A stretch of 64,000 nt of DNA from IMG/VR virus record IMGVR_UViG_3300034198_017445, positions 1 through 64,000 of that record, one strand, 5' to 3'. The notes beneath the pieces were generated by a model. The model did not search any database. It was not told the origin of the DNA and worked only from the letters and a program-made list of their open reading frames with translations. Of this stretch, positions 39,660 through 48,589 are shown piece by piece. The DNA is from a virus. Made by a program: the position numbers and the translations under genes. Positions within the stretch are counted from its first letter, which is position 1. Each line of letters starts with the position of its first letter.

Positions 39660-40029
39660 AGCACACGAAAGAAGATGCTTTGACTGCGGAAACGTCACGC
39701 AGCATTCGAGCAGCATTGTGCCTGGGGTGCTCTGCAAGAAGTGCGGAAGTCAGGATACGCGACGGGTCAAGGAGGCTTCTAGTCCATCGCGCAACTATCT
39801 CAATGATCCGAAGTTCGAGAAACGAATGATTCTGTTTTTTTATTGGGCGATGTGTTGGCATCGGCAGTCTGGAGGATATCTTGCTTCCGATACGTCGCTG
39901 ATGTTGATGCACGTCACGGCGTATATTGTCGAGATGGCTGCGAACCATCCAGAGATGAAATGTTTTTTGCCCGAAGAAAACGAGGGACCGATGAGTCATC
40001 AAGCACAACCGGTTCCTCCGTCCGTTTAG
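39652..40029 (+). CDS. Small zinc-ribbon protein
   Basis: CFDCG...CKKCGS. Confidence 0.5.
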   Translation: MSEAHERRCFDCGNVTQHSSSIVPGVLCKKCGSQDTRRVKEASSPSRNYLNDPKFEKRMILFFYWAMCWHRQSGGYLASDTSLMLMHVTAYIVEMAANHPEMKCFLPEENEGPMSHQAQPVPPSV

Positions 40030-40066
40030 CGATCGGTACAACCGATCCGAAAGAAAGAGGCTTGAA

Positions 40067-40375
40067 GTGAAGACTACTATTTTGATTGGCGTGTTGTTGG
40101 CAGCGGTTCGGATTTGGCTTGGGTTTAACATCGAGCCTGAATCGTTTCGCTGGGACCAAGTCTTCAAGGACGCGGCGCACTTGTTCATGGGTGGTCTTGC
40201 TGTCGCGTGGTGGTTCAATAGGTATGAGCTGACCGACGAAGACTGGGACGATACCGAGGACAACAGTGCTCTGTTTGAGGCGCTGACGTGGTGTCTTTTG
40301 CAACCGTGGCAATGGTGGTTGTTTTGGTCGCTTAACGCGATTGAGGTTGCTGTCGCTGTCCTGAGTCGAATCTAG
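40067..40375 (+). CDS. Small membrane protein
   Basis: Three hydrophobic segments. Confidence 0.55.
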   Translation: MKTTILIGVLLAAVRIWLGFNIEPESFRWDQVFKDAAHLFMGGLAVAWWFNRYELTDEDWDDTEDNSALFEALTWCLLQPWQWWLFWSLNAIEVAVAVLSRI

Positions 40376-40677
40376 CTTGCTCAGCGGCTTTGTTGCGGAG
40401 ATGGGTCGGTTACGCATGCCTGCTCGGAGGCGTTGTTTCTGAGGCGATAGACGCGCGTTCGCTTCGTGCCTGTCCTGAGGCTTTGTATCTGGAATAGAAG
40501 CCGCTAGTGAACCTGCCTGGAGGTTTTGTTTCCTTGACGGAATTGAGTCTGGCTTATTGCCTATCAAGCGGCGTAATTGCTTGGAGTGCGATCCATTTGA
40601 GCCTGCCATGAGGCTTTGTTTCGTGGACAGGAATTCAGCATGATACAATGCCTGCCTAGCGGCTTTGTTGCTGGGAT
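40375..40677 (+). CRISPR. Orphan degenerate type V-M-like array: 7 structure-conserved 28-nt repeats
   Basis: Repeats start at 40375, 40418, 40468, 40511, 40559, 40601 and 40650; pattern GCC-TG-N6-GGC-N5-N-N6'-AY; spacers 15, 22, 15, 20, 14, 21 nt. Confidence 0.85.
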
Positions 40678-40708
40678 CATTCGAATCTAATACCAAGCGA
40701 GGCAGGTA

Positions 40709-41272
40709 ATGGCACGAGTAATTCGTTGGCGGTTTACGAAGGAGGCTGGTACCAATGGATCCAGTTTTAAGGCCGATGCCATAACCCAGGTGATGATCCC
40801 TCGGTTCCTGCGGTACTGGGATGTGGATTTCCAGCAGTTGACAACGATGGCAGGAACGCCACACGTCACGTTTCGGCTGACGACTCGGACGGTCAGTACG
40901 ATGTGGACGAACGGTCCGGTGATCCATATAAACGCCAAGTTCAAATGGGGCACTTCGCTCGCGGCGCGTGAGCAAATGGGACTGTGCCTATGTCATGAGG
41001 TTGGTCACTGGTTGTCGCCATCGAATCCGATTCACGCTGCCAGTGTTGGAAACGTCATGTTCGCTCAGGTTGGCGATCCGTACCTAAATTGGACGCTGGT
41101 CGACATGAAGTGGTTTGGCATGCTTCCGTGGCGATCCACCTTACGTCCGTGGCACGAGAAAACGCACTGGTATCCCTTACCAAAGGTTGCAATGGGGCTG
41201 TCGGGGCATGAAGATCACGAGATTCTGGAGCCTATCGTGCTTGGTTGCGGTAAGAATCATCGAAAAAATTGA
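40709..41272 (+). CDS. Zinc metallopeptidase (metzincin/matrixin-like)
   Basis: CHEVGHWLSPSNPIH...NVM (HExxH, third His, Met-turn). Confidence 0.7.
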   Translation: MARVIRWRFTKEAGTNGSSFKADAITQVMIPRFLRYWDVDFQQLTTMAGTPHVTFRLTTRTVSTMWTNGPVIHINAKFKWGTSLAAREQMGLCLCHEVGHWLSPSNPIHAASVGNVMFAQVGDPYLNWTLVDMKWFGMLPWRSTLRPWHEKTHWYPLPKVAMGLSGHEDHEILEPIVLGCGKNHRKN

Positions 41273-41305
41273 GACGTTTTGGCGTTCGTCTCGGCTTAGT
41301 ATGTG
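41271..41305 (+). promoter_or_regulatory. GAGAC-N15-TCGGCT motif copy
   Basis: TGAGACGTTTTGGCGTTCGTCTCGGCTTA is identical to the 43843 copy. Confidence 0.7.
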
Positions 41306-41339
41306 TGCTTGGTTCTGCTCTTACTTTTGGAGTTTCAAA

Positions 41340-41756
41340 GTGTCTCACGTTGCTACTGTCGATGTTGTCATCAAGGATCTGGATTGTCTTCAAAAGGCAG
41401 CGGAATCGCTTGGTCTTGTGTTCAATCGGGACGCGAAGACGTTCTACTCGTATCAGTCTGGGCTGACCTGCGATCACTCGCTGTCGGTCAAGGAAAAGCA
41501 AGCGAACCCGAATCGCCGACCGTATGAGATCGGAGTCGTGAAGGGAGAGGGTGGTTACTCCCTCCAATTCGATCCGTTCAACCATGGCTATGGCTTGTGT
41601 CCCTACATCGAGTCGGAACCTGCAAAGGGCGACGCTGGAAAACTGGTACAGGCTTACGCTCTGGAGGTTGCCAAGAAGCAGGCTCGGATGCAGGGTTTTT
41701 TGGTTCGCGAGGTTCGCGCTGCAAACGGTGCGGTGACATTGACGCTGTCGCGATAG
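41340..41756 (+). CDS. DUF1257 (Ycf35-like) protein
   Basis: SHVATVDVVIKDLDCLQKAAESLG...YEIGV...YSLQFD...LVQAYA. Confidence 0.75.
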   Translation: MSHVATVDVVIKDLDCLQKAAESLGLVFNRDAKTFYSYQSGLTCDHSLSVKEKQANPNRRPYEIGVVKGEGGYSLQFDPFNHGYGLCPYIESEPAKGDAGKLVQAYALEVAKKQARMQGFLVREVRAANGAVTLTLSR

Positions 41757-41811
41757 TTTCGCGGCGGTTGGTTTGGTTGGTTTCTGTCGGCATCAAATTG
41801 GAAATAAAATC

Positions 41812-42006
41812 ATGAGCGAACAAATCAAGATCGAGATAAGTCCTGTAGGCGCGGTGAAGGTGTCGGTTCAGGGCGTTGCTGGTTCCGGTTGCAAAGATCT
41901 AACCAAAGCGATTGAGGCGTCTCTGGGGGTCGTGACTGAGGACACAAAAACGGGGGAATTTTACCAGACGGCAAAGGCTGGTCAGGTGGTTACCCAAGGA
42001 GGGTAG
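41812..42006 (+). CDS. DUF2997 family protein
   Basis: IKIEISPVGAVKVSVQGVAGSGCKDLTKAIEASLG. Confidence 0.8.
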   Translation: MSEQIKIEISPVGAVKVSVQGVAGSGCKDLTKAIEASLGVVTEDTKTGEFYQTAKAGQVVTQGG

Positions 42007-42007
42007 T

Positions 42008-42271
42008 GTGGCTGGAGATCAGTTTCGGGGTGATCACTATTTTGAGGTCTATGCGCGTCGAAACATCGGGGGCGTGCGTAGCTCTGTGACCTGGGTTGTT
42101 AAGGTCCGGTCCATGGCGAGGTTCCAGGCTCATTGCCGGTGCTATCGTGATTCCGAGAAAATGCTGGAGCACTCTCCTGGCTGGCTTTTGGTCGTCACTG
42201 AAATTAATGAGACGACTTTCGATCGCATGCGGCTATTAGGATATGGTCGCGAGTTTGAGTTCGTCGGTTAA
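42008..42271 (+). CDS. Hypothetical protein
   Basis: GGAGG RBS; GTG start. Confidence 0.45.
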   Translation: MAGDQFRGDHYFEVYARRNIGGVRSSVTWVVKVRSMARFQAHCRCYRDSEKMLEHSPGWLLVVTEINETTFDRMRLLGYGREFEFVG

Positions 42272-42290
42272 CGGGAGCTGTGCTGTGGAA

Positions 42291-42524
42291 ATGCAAATTC
42301 GGTTTGGTGGTGACGGGGTGGTGACAGCGGTTTACGCGGATGACCTGATGCCAGTCCTGAGTTCGATCGGCGGGACATCCATCGTTCGGGCTTCCAACGT
42401 GGAGCCCGTTGAGGGTGGCTGGGAGGTCGCCATAGTCGACGGTCCGAAGTTCGGTCCGATCGTGCGTCGCGATGATGCGATCGCTGCTGAGGTCCAATGG
42501 TTGCGTGATAACGGGAGAGCGTAA
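42291..42524 (+). CDS. Small conserved protein (RASxVEP family)
   Basis: IVRASNVEP...GPKFGP...RDDAIAAEVQWL, recalled as a neighbour of DUF1257/DUF2997/AAA genes. Confidence 0.6.
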   Translation: MQIRFGGDGVVTAVYADDLMPVLSSIGGTSIVRASNVEPVEGGWEVAIVDGPKFGPIVRRDDAIAAEVQWLRDNGRA

Positions 42525-43336
42525 TGTTTCGGGATGTTGTGTCACATATTGAAACGCATGAGCAGTATCATGCGAGGCGTGAGCTGTCGACTTCGATGGT
42601 CAAGGACTGGATTCATTCGCCAGAAATGTACCATCGTCGGAACGTTCTCGGCATCAAGAAAAAAGCCACTGATCCTATGGATTTTGGTAATGCGGTGCAC
42701 GAAGACCAGTTGTTGTCAATTTGGGAGCAGACTTACATTGTCATTCCCAAGGAGGTACTGGCTACCAACGGTGCGCGTCGTGGTAACGCTTGGGATGCGT
42801 TCAAGGCAGCGAACGAAGGAAAGGTTTTACTCAAAGAGCAGGACGTTGCTGATTTGGTTGCTATTCGCGAATCGATCGCTGCAAACCCGGACGCGAGGTA
42901 TCTCCTGGAGTCCGAGGGTCTGTCGGAAGTTTCCCTGGTTGGCTGGGCAGATCTTCCCGGCGAGGAGGGTGCTGGTACTCACTACCGTGGCAGGCTTGAT
43001 CGTGTCATGCAGGCTGGTGAGCGTAGGATCGTTGACCTGAAAACGACCGGCGACATGAGTCCACGGGCGATGCGGTACAAACCGTTGGATTCGTGCTGGG
43101 ATATTTCCGGCATGGCTTACTCGAAAATGTGGGAGGCGATGACCGGCGAATTATTGCCGGTGGATTTTATCGTCGTCGAGACGTGCGAGCCGTATCGGGT
43201 TGAGGTATACTCACCTAGCAAAGCGACGCTTGCGATGGCTTTGGATCGCTGGCTTGAGGCTGTTATCGGCATCCAGTCGGCTGTCGCAAATGGGTACTGG
43301 CATCGTGACGGTTACCCTGCGAGAATCATGTTTTAG
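42524..43336 (+). CDS. RecE-like PD-(D/E)XK exonuclease (DUF3799-like)
   Basis: YHA...STSMVK...SPEMY, MDFGNAVH, RGRLDR, IVDLKTT, FIVVE. Confidence 0.85.
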   Translation: MFRDVVSHIETHEQYHARRELSTSMVKDWIHSPEMYHRRNVLGIKKKATDPMDFGNAVHEDQLLSIWEQTYIVIPKEVLATNGARRGNAWDAFKAANEGKVLLKEQDVADLVAIRESIAANPDARYLLESEGLSEVSLVGWADLPGEEGAGTHYRGRLDRVMQAGERRIVDLKTTGDMSPRAMRYKPLDSCWDISGMAYSKMWEAMTGELLPVDFIVVETCEPYRVEVYSPSKATLAMALDRWLEAVIGIQSAVANGYWHRDGYPARIMF

Positions 43337-43367
43337 TTTGTGATCTTGTTTTTCTGGGAGTGCTTGT

Positions 43368-43736
43368 ATGGCTGATGAAGTCAAAGATGAATCTGTTGTT
43401 TTGTCCGGCGCTGCTGGCGCTGCGTTGTCTTTCGAGAAGGTGCTTCGCGAAAACCTGGACACTCATGACGAAATGTTCTTGTCCGATGCGAAGCCGTTGC
43501 TTCTCGGGCATCGGTTTGTCGATGCGGTTGTCAACGCTCTGAAAGCCTTGACTGGTCAAAGTCTCGCAAGTCTCAACAAGGAAGACGCTCTTGCTTTGGT
43601 TGCGAAAATGTACGACGAATACATTTCGAAGATCGATCTTCCCGGTCCGTTCGACAGTTTTATCCATCCGATGATCAAGAACATCGCCCTGGTTATGATC
43701 GGTCGTGTTTTCGACTCGTTGAAAAAACCGGCGTAG
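43368..43736 (+). CDS. Hypothetical protein
   Basis: GGAG RBS; IDLPGPFD motif. Confidence 0.5.
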   Translation: MADEVKDESVVLSGAAGAALSFEKVLRENLDTHDEMFLSDAKPLLLGHRFVDAVVNALKALTGQSLASLNKEDALALVAKMYDEYISKIDLPGPFDSFIHPMIKNIALVMIGRVFDSLKKPA

Positions 43737-43751
43737 TTCGCAGTACAATGA

Positions 43752-43833
43752 TTCCGATGGCGATAAGCAGGTACGGACGACTTGCTTCGCTAGCGCACCT
43801 GGGTTACTCCCGTTTCCCAGGTGCGTTTTTTTT
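43752..43833 (+). ncRNA. Candidate small RNA: two hairpins, with a terminator loop antisense to the AAACGGGAG RBS motif
   Basis: TACAAT at 43744; hairpin GCGATAAGCAGGT/ACTTGCTTCGC; stem CGCACCTGGG/CCCAGGTGCG with loop TTACTCCCGTTT and a T8 tail. Confidence 0.5.
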
Positions 43834-43843
43834 GCGCTGGCGT

Positions 43844-43872
43844 GAGACGTTTTGGCGTTCGTCTCGGCTTAT
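43844..43872 (+). promoter_or_regulatory. GAGAC-N15-TCGGCT motif copy
   Basis: Upstream of the ERF gene. Confidence 0.7.
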
Positions 43873-43913
43873 GTATTAGTGGTGTTCTGTTTTTCACGTT
43901 CTGGAGTCTGGCT

Positions 43914-44873
43914 ATGAGTGTTGTTGTCGAAAACGGAGTTATGGTGTTCGAGGACGGCGCGTTGATGCAGACCGTCGATATCAATTTGCTATTGCAAGGG
44001 TTGCATGCGTTCCACGCTGAGTGTCCGAAAGTATTCAAGTCGGAATGGAACAAACAGCTAAGTTCGTACTATGCGGATCTGGCTACGATCTTGGATACGA
44101 TCAGTCCGTTTCTTGTGAAGTCTGGACTGGTGTTGACCCAGGCGGCGTTTGGTAACAATCTCGCGACGACTCTGTATCACACGTCCGGTCAGTGGATGCG
44201 AGTGACGACCAAGTTCGAGGTTCTTGATGCTGTGAGGTATCGCACGGGGGATAAAGGCGAGATCGATGTTCGCGGTGTCACTCCGCAGACCTACGGTTCT
44301 GCTCTGACCTATGCGCGTCGATACGCAGTGGGTTCGATCCTAAGTCTCACGATCGATTCGGATGACGACGGCAATGGTGGGCAGGGCGACGATCCGCGTC
44401 GACGCTACTCGGGAAATTCACCTGGAAGAACAATGAACCAGAACTCTGCTCCGAAGGCTGGAAGTGCGAAGCCTGCGGACGCAAATCCAAAGATCGAAGT
44501 TCCAAAGGCTGACGTTGCTCCTGCGAAGATTGAGCCGTTGTCGAACGCGAAGATTTCCGAGATCGTGACTCGAATCGGCGAAAGCACTCTGGAGAAGATG
44601 CCTGCATGCGAGGCTGCGTTGACGAGGTACGGTTCATCATCGTCTATCACCAAGGCGTTGTGGGGGGATTTGATCGATGTTTTATTGGGTCGCTGGATAT
44701 CCTTGGAGTCTGTCGATGGTGTTGAGGCTTTGCGTGCAAAAGTGACCGCCTACGGTGGTCGTAGTTTGCTTCCGAACGAAACAGTTGTACGGCTGATTGG
44801 TGCCATCGATGAGCGTATCGCGGTGAACCAGGAGCCACAAGAAAAGGTCGAGGGGTCATCCGATGGTCAGTGA
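43914..44873 (+). CDS. ERF-family single-strand annealing protein
   Basis: YADLATILDTISPFL...GL, LYHTSGQW, PQTYGSALTYARRYA, DDDGN. Confidence 0.9.
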   Translation: MSVVVENGVMVFEDGALMQTVDINLLLQGLHAFHAECPKVFKSEWNKQLSSYYADLATILDTISPFLVKSGLVLTQAAFGNNLATTLYHTSGQWMRVTTKFEVLDAVRYRTGDKGEIDVRGVTPQTYGSALTYARRYAVGSILSLTIDSDDDGNGGQGDDPRRRYSGNSPGRTMNQNSAPKAGSAKPADANPKIEVPKADVAPAKIEPLSNAKISEIVTRIGESTLEKMPACEAALTRYGSSSSITKALWGDLIDVLLGRWISLESVDGVEALRAKVTAYGGRSLLPNETVVRLIGAIDERIAVNQEPQEKVEGSSDGQ

Positions 44874-45768
44874 TGAAAAAGAGAGAATTGTCCAGGTCGA
44901 TATTGCGGATCTGGTTTTGGATCAAAGGCTTCAAGCGAGGGCCGAGGTTGACCGTGTTGTCATCGACGACTACAGCGAGGGGTGGAAGGACCAGGAAAAG
45001 TTCCCTCCGATTCGAATCATCGTCGTGGACGGATCCAAGTACGTTGTCGACGGTTTTTTGCGGGTCATGTCTGCGTCGAACGCTGGCGTGATTTCAGTTC
45101 CAGCGGTCGTTAAGCCAGGAACGTGGGACGATGCGGTTGCTTTTGCGGTTGGAGCCAACGCGAAGCATGGCGCTAGAAGGTCGTCTGCTGACAAGCGAAA
45201 GGCTGTCACGATGGCTATCACTCAGTGGCCTGATCGGAGCGATCGGCTGATTGCTGGGATGGTCAAAGTTTCTGTTCCGTTGGTTGGTTCGGTGCGGTCG
45301 AAGTTGGGGAAGAAAAGCCCATCAAAGCACAACGGCGTCGATGCAAAAAGGAAAGAAAAGGCGGAGCGAGCGAGCAGAAAAAAGGCTGCATCGGTTGTCA
45401 ACGTTTCAGAGGCTGGCAGTTCGATCGTCTCGCTTGCTGATGTGGCGCACGTCACGAAATGCCCGGAGTGCAATTGTCCGGAGTTCGTGCTGGACGATGG
45501 TGGCAAAACCTGCAGTGCATGCTTGCGACCGGTGGTTCCTGGCGACGCTGCTACTCCACTTGATTCGGTTCCTGCTGTCGCTGCGGATCCTGTTGTCGAG
45601 GCTCCGACTGTCGATTCCGAGACTGGGTCCGGGAAGGTGAAAGGGATCAGCGGTACCAAGGCTGCGGCGCGTAAGTCGCTAGGCGAGTTGGTCCGTTTGT
45701 GTGATCGCATGAAGATTTACGAACAGGCTCGCGAGCATTTGAATGCTCTGTCTCAAATCATTGGATAG
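44863..45768 (+). CDS. ParB/Srx-like domain protein with a C-terminal zinc ribbon
   Basis: QARAEVD...FPPIRI...VVDGFLRV...NAKHGARRSSADKRKAV...SDRLIA. Confidence 0.75.
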   Translation: MVSDEKERIVQVDIADLVLDQRLQARAEVDRVVIDDYSEGWKDQEKFPPIRIIVVDGSKYVVDGFLRVMSASNAGVISVPAVVKPGTWDDAVAFAVGANAKHGARRSSADKRKAVTMAITQWPDRSDRLIAGMVKVSVPLVGSVRSKLGKKSPSKHNGVDAKRKEKAERASRKKAASVVNVSEAGSSIVSLADVAHVTKCPECNCPEFVLDDGGKTCSACLRPVVPGDAATPLDSVPAVAADPVVEAPTVDSETGSGKVKGISGTKAAARKSLGELVRLCDRMKIYEQAREHLNALSQIIG

Positions 45769-45788
45769 TTTCAGGAGGGGGGTGGCTG

Positions 45789-47402
45789 GTGAGTGCGATC
45801 GATGCGTCAAAAAACTGGGATCACCAAAATCGGGCGAAGCATGAAACTGCCCAGGCTCGTGCTGAAGGATGCAAGTCATCGCTGGTGGTTGCTCCGTGCG
45901 GCGCTGGCAAGTCTCGGATCATGATGCAGCTTACTCACGAGGAGGTTGCTCGTGGTGGTTCGGTCAGGATCTACGTCCATCGGACGATGCTTCGCGAGCA
46001 ATTGTCTCGTGACTTTACGGCTGCGGGAATAAGCCACGGGTTGATGGCTGCGGGTGCTGAGGTCGACGAGTCGAAGCCTGTTCAGATTTGTATGGCTGAT
46101 TCTGTTTACTCGCGTGCTATCGTGCGTTCCAAGTGGTCGCTTGGAAGTCCAAGTTTGGTGATGGTCGACGAGTCCCACAATCAAACCGGGAACACGTTAC
46201 GATCGATTCTGTTCGGTGGCACCAACGCTGGAGGCTTTACTTGGCAAGGGCACATTCAAACTGGAGCTGATTGCATTGGTTTCACGGCTACTCCGGTCAA
46301 CTGCGAAAAAATCTACGACCGAATCATTGAGTGCGGTTCGTACTCTGAGATGCGTCGGGTAGGGGCTCACAGTATGGTCCGGGTGTATTCTCCATCGGAG
46401 ATTGACTGCGCTGGGTTGGCTCGAAATGCTGACTATGAGTTTTCAAGTTCGGCGTTGTCTGATCGCGCGGTTCGCATCTTCGGAAACTGCTACGACTCGT
46501 GGAAGAAGTTAAATCCTGATTGCTATCCGTCGCTGCTGTACGCTCCCTCGGTTCAGTCGTCGCGTTGGTTTGCGGAGGAGTGGGCAAAGAAAGGCGTGAT
46601 GGTCGCGCACATCGACGGTGAGACGTGCATGCTTCCGGTCCGTAAAAACGGCGAGGTTCATCTTGAAACTTACGAGTCGGACGAAGAAGCCAGAAAGCAA
46701 CTTTTGGAAGGTTCGAAAAGTGGCGAGATTGCTCTGATTTGCAATCGGTTTGTGTTGCGAGAGGCGATCGATATGCCATGGATCCGTCACGGCATTGCGG
46801 CGACCGTGTTTGGTGGTATTTCATCCTACCTGCAGTCGGTTGGTCGGATCCAGCGGTTCAGTCCTGCGTATCCATACAAGGTCTGGCAATGTCACGGAGG
46901 TTCGTTCTTTCGGCATGGTAGCCCGAACGCAGACCGCGACTGGGAGTTGGGTTGCACGAACAAGTCTTGCGCTCAGGGGCGTGCTGAAAAAATCGCGAAG
47001 TCTGAAAACCCGCAGGACGTCGAGGGTATCTGTTGTCCGAAGTGCTCCGTCTGGAGGCAGTATGGACCGCGATGCCCTGGCTGCGGTCATTCTCACAAGC
47101 TGTCGGTGCGCGTGGTGCAGCAGGTCAGCGGCGAGTTAAAGTTGATGCGTGGCGTCGTTAACAAGGTGAAAAGCAAAGCAAAGGCGAAAACTCCTGATAA
47201 AATATGGACGAGCGTTTTGTGGGGAAGTGCCAAGCGGGACCGTTCCGTTTCGTCGGCTGTGGCTTTGTATCGGGCTCGTTGTGCGAAGGAGGGGGTCTAC
47301 TGCGACATCACCAAGTTGCGGTTTGCACCACCTGCTCCAAATTCATCCGATTGGCATCTCTCGGTACGAACGGTTTATCCATGGTTGGGTGGTGCTGGAT
47401 GA
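45789..47402 (+). CDS. Superfamily 2 DNA helicase (DEAD/DEAH-like) with Zn finger
   Basis: APCGAGKS, MVDESH, GFTATP, EAIDMP, QSVGRIQR, CPKC/CPGC. Confidence 0.9.
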   Translation: MSAIDASKNWDHQNRAKHETAQARAEGCKSSLVVAPCGAGKSRIMMQLTHEEVARGGSVRIYVHRTMLREQLSRDFTAAGISHGLMAAGAEVDESKPVQICMADSVYSRAIVRSKWSLGSPSLVMVDESHNQTGNTLRSILFGGTNAGGFTWQGHIQTGADCIGFTATPVNCEKIYDRIIECGSYSEMRRVGAHSMVRVYSPSEIDCAGLARNADYEFSSSALSDRAVRIFGNCYDSWKKLNPDCYPSLLYAPSVQSSRWFAEEWAKKGVMVAHIDGETCMLPVRKNGEVHLETYESDEEARKQLLEGSKSGEIALICNRFVLREAIDMPWIRHGIAATVFGGISSYLQSVGRIQRFSPAYPYKVWQCHGGSFFRHGSPNADRDWELGCTNKSCAQGRAEKIAKSENPQDVEGICCPKCSVWRQYGPRCPGCGHSHKLSVRVVQQVSGELKLMRGVVNKVKSKAKAKTPDKIWTSVLWGSAKRDRSVSSAVALYRARCAKEGVYCDITKLRFAPPAPNSSDWHLSVRTVYPWLGGAG

Positions 47403-47683
47403 AAACTATGAAAAAGAACGATCGTGTCGAAAATGCGTTGCGTGCCGTCGAAGCACGGGGGAGGATCGATATGGTGATCGGTGCGTTCGGGATGATCGAG
47501 GCGACTGAGGCGATCAAAGAAATCAAGCGTGATGCTGATTCGTCTCAAAAATCCATCGAGGCCGAGGAGGAAAGTTACCGCGCTGCGTTCTCGCGTTCGT
47601 TTGCTCATGCGATCGACGCGTGCTTGGCTGCTGACGACTTTCGGACGGTCGAGGAGATGCGTCGTGCCTGTCTGGGAGAATGA
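47399..47683 (+). CDS. Hypothetical protein
   Basis: ATGA coupling after the helicase. Confidence 0.45.
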   Translation: MKTMKKNDRVENALRAVEARGRIDMVIGAFGMIEATEAIKEIKRDADSSQKSIEAEEESYRAAFSRSFAHAIDACLAADDFRTVEEMRRACLGE

Positions 47684-48080
47684 CGACTACGATCCGTTGC
47701 GTTACTACGATGATATCCGGCGTGAGATTCGGTCATGCTGGTACTGCAATGCTGAGCGTGCTCCTGTATGGTGGTATGCTCCCTGGCTGATCGAGCGTGC
47801 TCACATCGTCAACAAACCGCGTAGGACCGATCGGCGAGTGGTTGTGATGCTTTGCTCGACTTGCCATAAGCGATCGCACGGCGAGCGATTCTCGGGGGTT
47901 GATTGGCCTATTTTGTCAGTTGCGAATATGTTGTGGCTGAAACTCAATCTCGATCCTGATTGGTGGGATCCTGCGTTCCTGCAGAAGCAATCGATTCGCC
48001 GTTTGCCCGAGCCCGAGATGCCTGCAAAGTTCCAGTTGCAAATCCCAGGAGGGGACGTCCGTGGGAAACCTAATAAGTGA
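47670..48080 (+). CDS. HNH-like zinc-binding protein (start uncertain)
   Basis: CWYC...ERAHIV...LCSTCHKRSH. Confidence 0.55.
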   Translation, partial: VWENDDYDPLRYYDDIRREIRSCWYCNAERAPVWWYAPWLIERAHIVNKPRRTDRRVVVMLCSTCHKRSHGERFSGVDWPILSVANMLWLKLNLDPDWWDPAFLQKQSIRRLPEPEMPAKFQLQIPGGDVRGKPNK

Positions 48081-48495
48081 TCTAGATCGTCCTGGTCGCG
48101 AGTTCTCGATTCGGCTTCCGTGGCCTGACCGCAGGCTGCATGCGCAGACTCGGGGGAGTCGCTGGAAGAAAATATCGGCGACCACGGCTGCTCGCGAGGC
48201 GGCGTTCATGCTCGGGCAAGCCGAAAAGCAAAAGGCGACGGTGCGGCTTCCCATCGAAGTGTGCGAGGTGTCGTATCTGTTCGTCATGCCGTCCAAAACG
48301 CGGAGAGACGTTGCAAACCTGATCCAGTCCTGCAAGCCTTTTATCGACGGGCTGGTTGATGCTGGCATTGTTTCCGGGGATGATTGGACAAAAATGCGGA
48401 TCGCTGGCGCTGATGCGATTGTGGCTAAATCGCGGCATTCTGCGGGGGTGGTCATAAAATTCGAAGAATTATTGCCGTGGTGCGCCTCAGATTGA
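48061..48495 (+). CDS. RusA-like Holliday junction resolvase
   Basis: LPWP...RRDVANLIQSCKPFIDGLVDAGIVSGDD. Confidence 0.8.
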   Translation: MGNLISDLDRPGREFSIRLPWPDRRLHAQTRGSRWKKISATTAAREAAFMLGQAEKQKATVRLPIEVCEVSYLFVMPSKTRRDVANLIQSCKPFIDGLVDAGIVSGDDWTKMRIAGADAIVAKSRHSAGVVIKFEELLPWCASD

Positions 48496-48589
48496 GGTTG
48501 CTTTGGCCGATAAGTGTATGTACATTAAGTGCATCGATCGACGGGGTTGTCGGTCAGGTTCGGTGGGTTGGAAAACGGGAGATCTGGCA

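Noticed and set aside
39914-40975. 353-aa minus-strand ORF spanning array 2
   Set aside because: Antisense to credible + strand genes and the array; no recognisable motifs.
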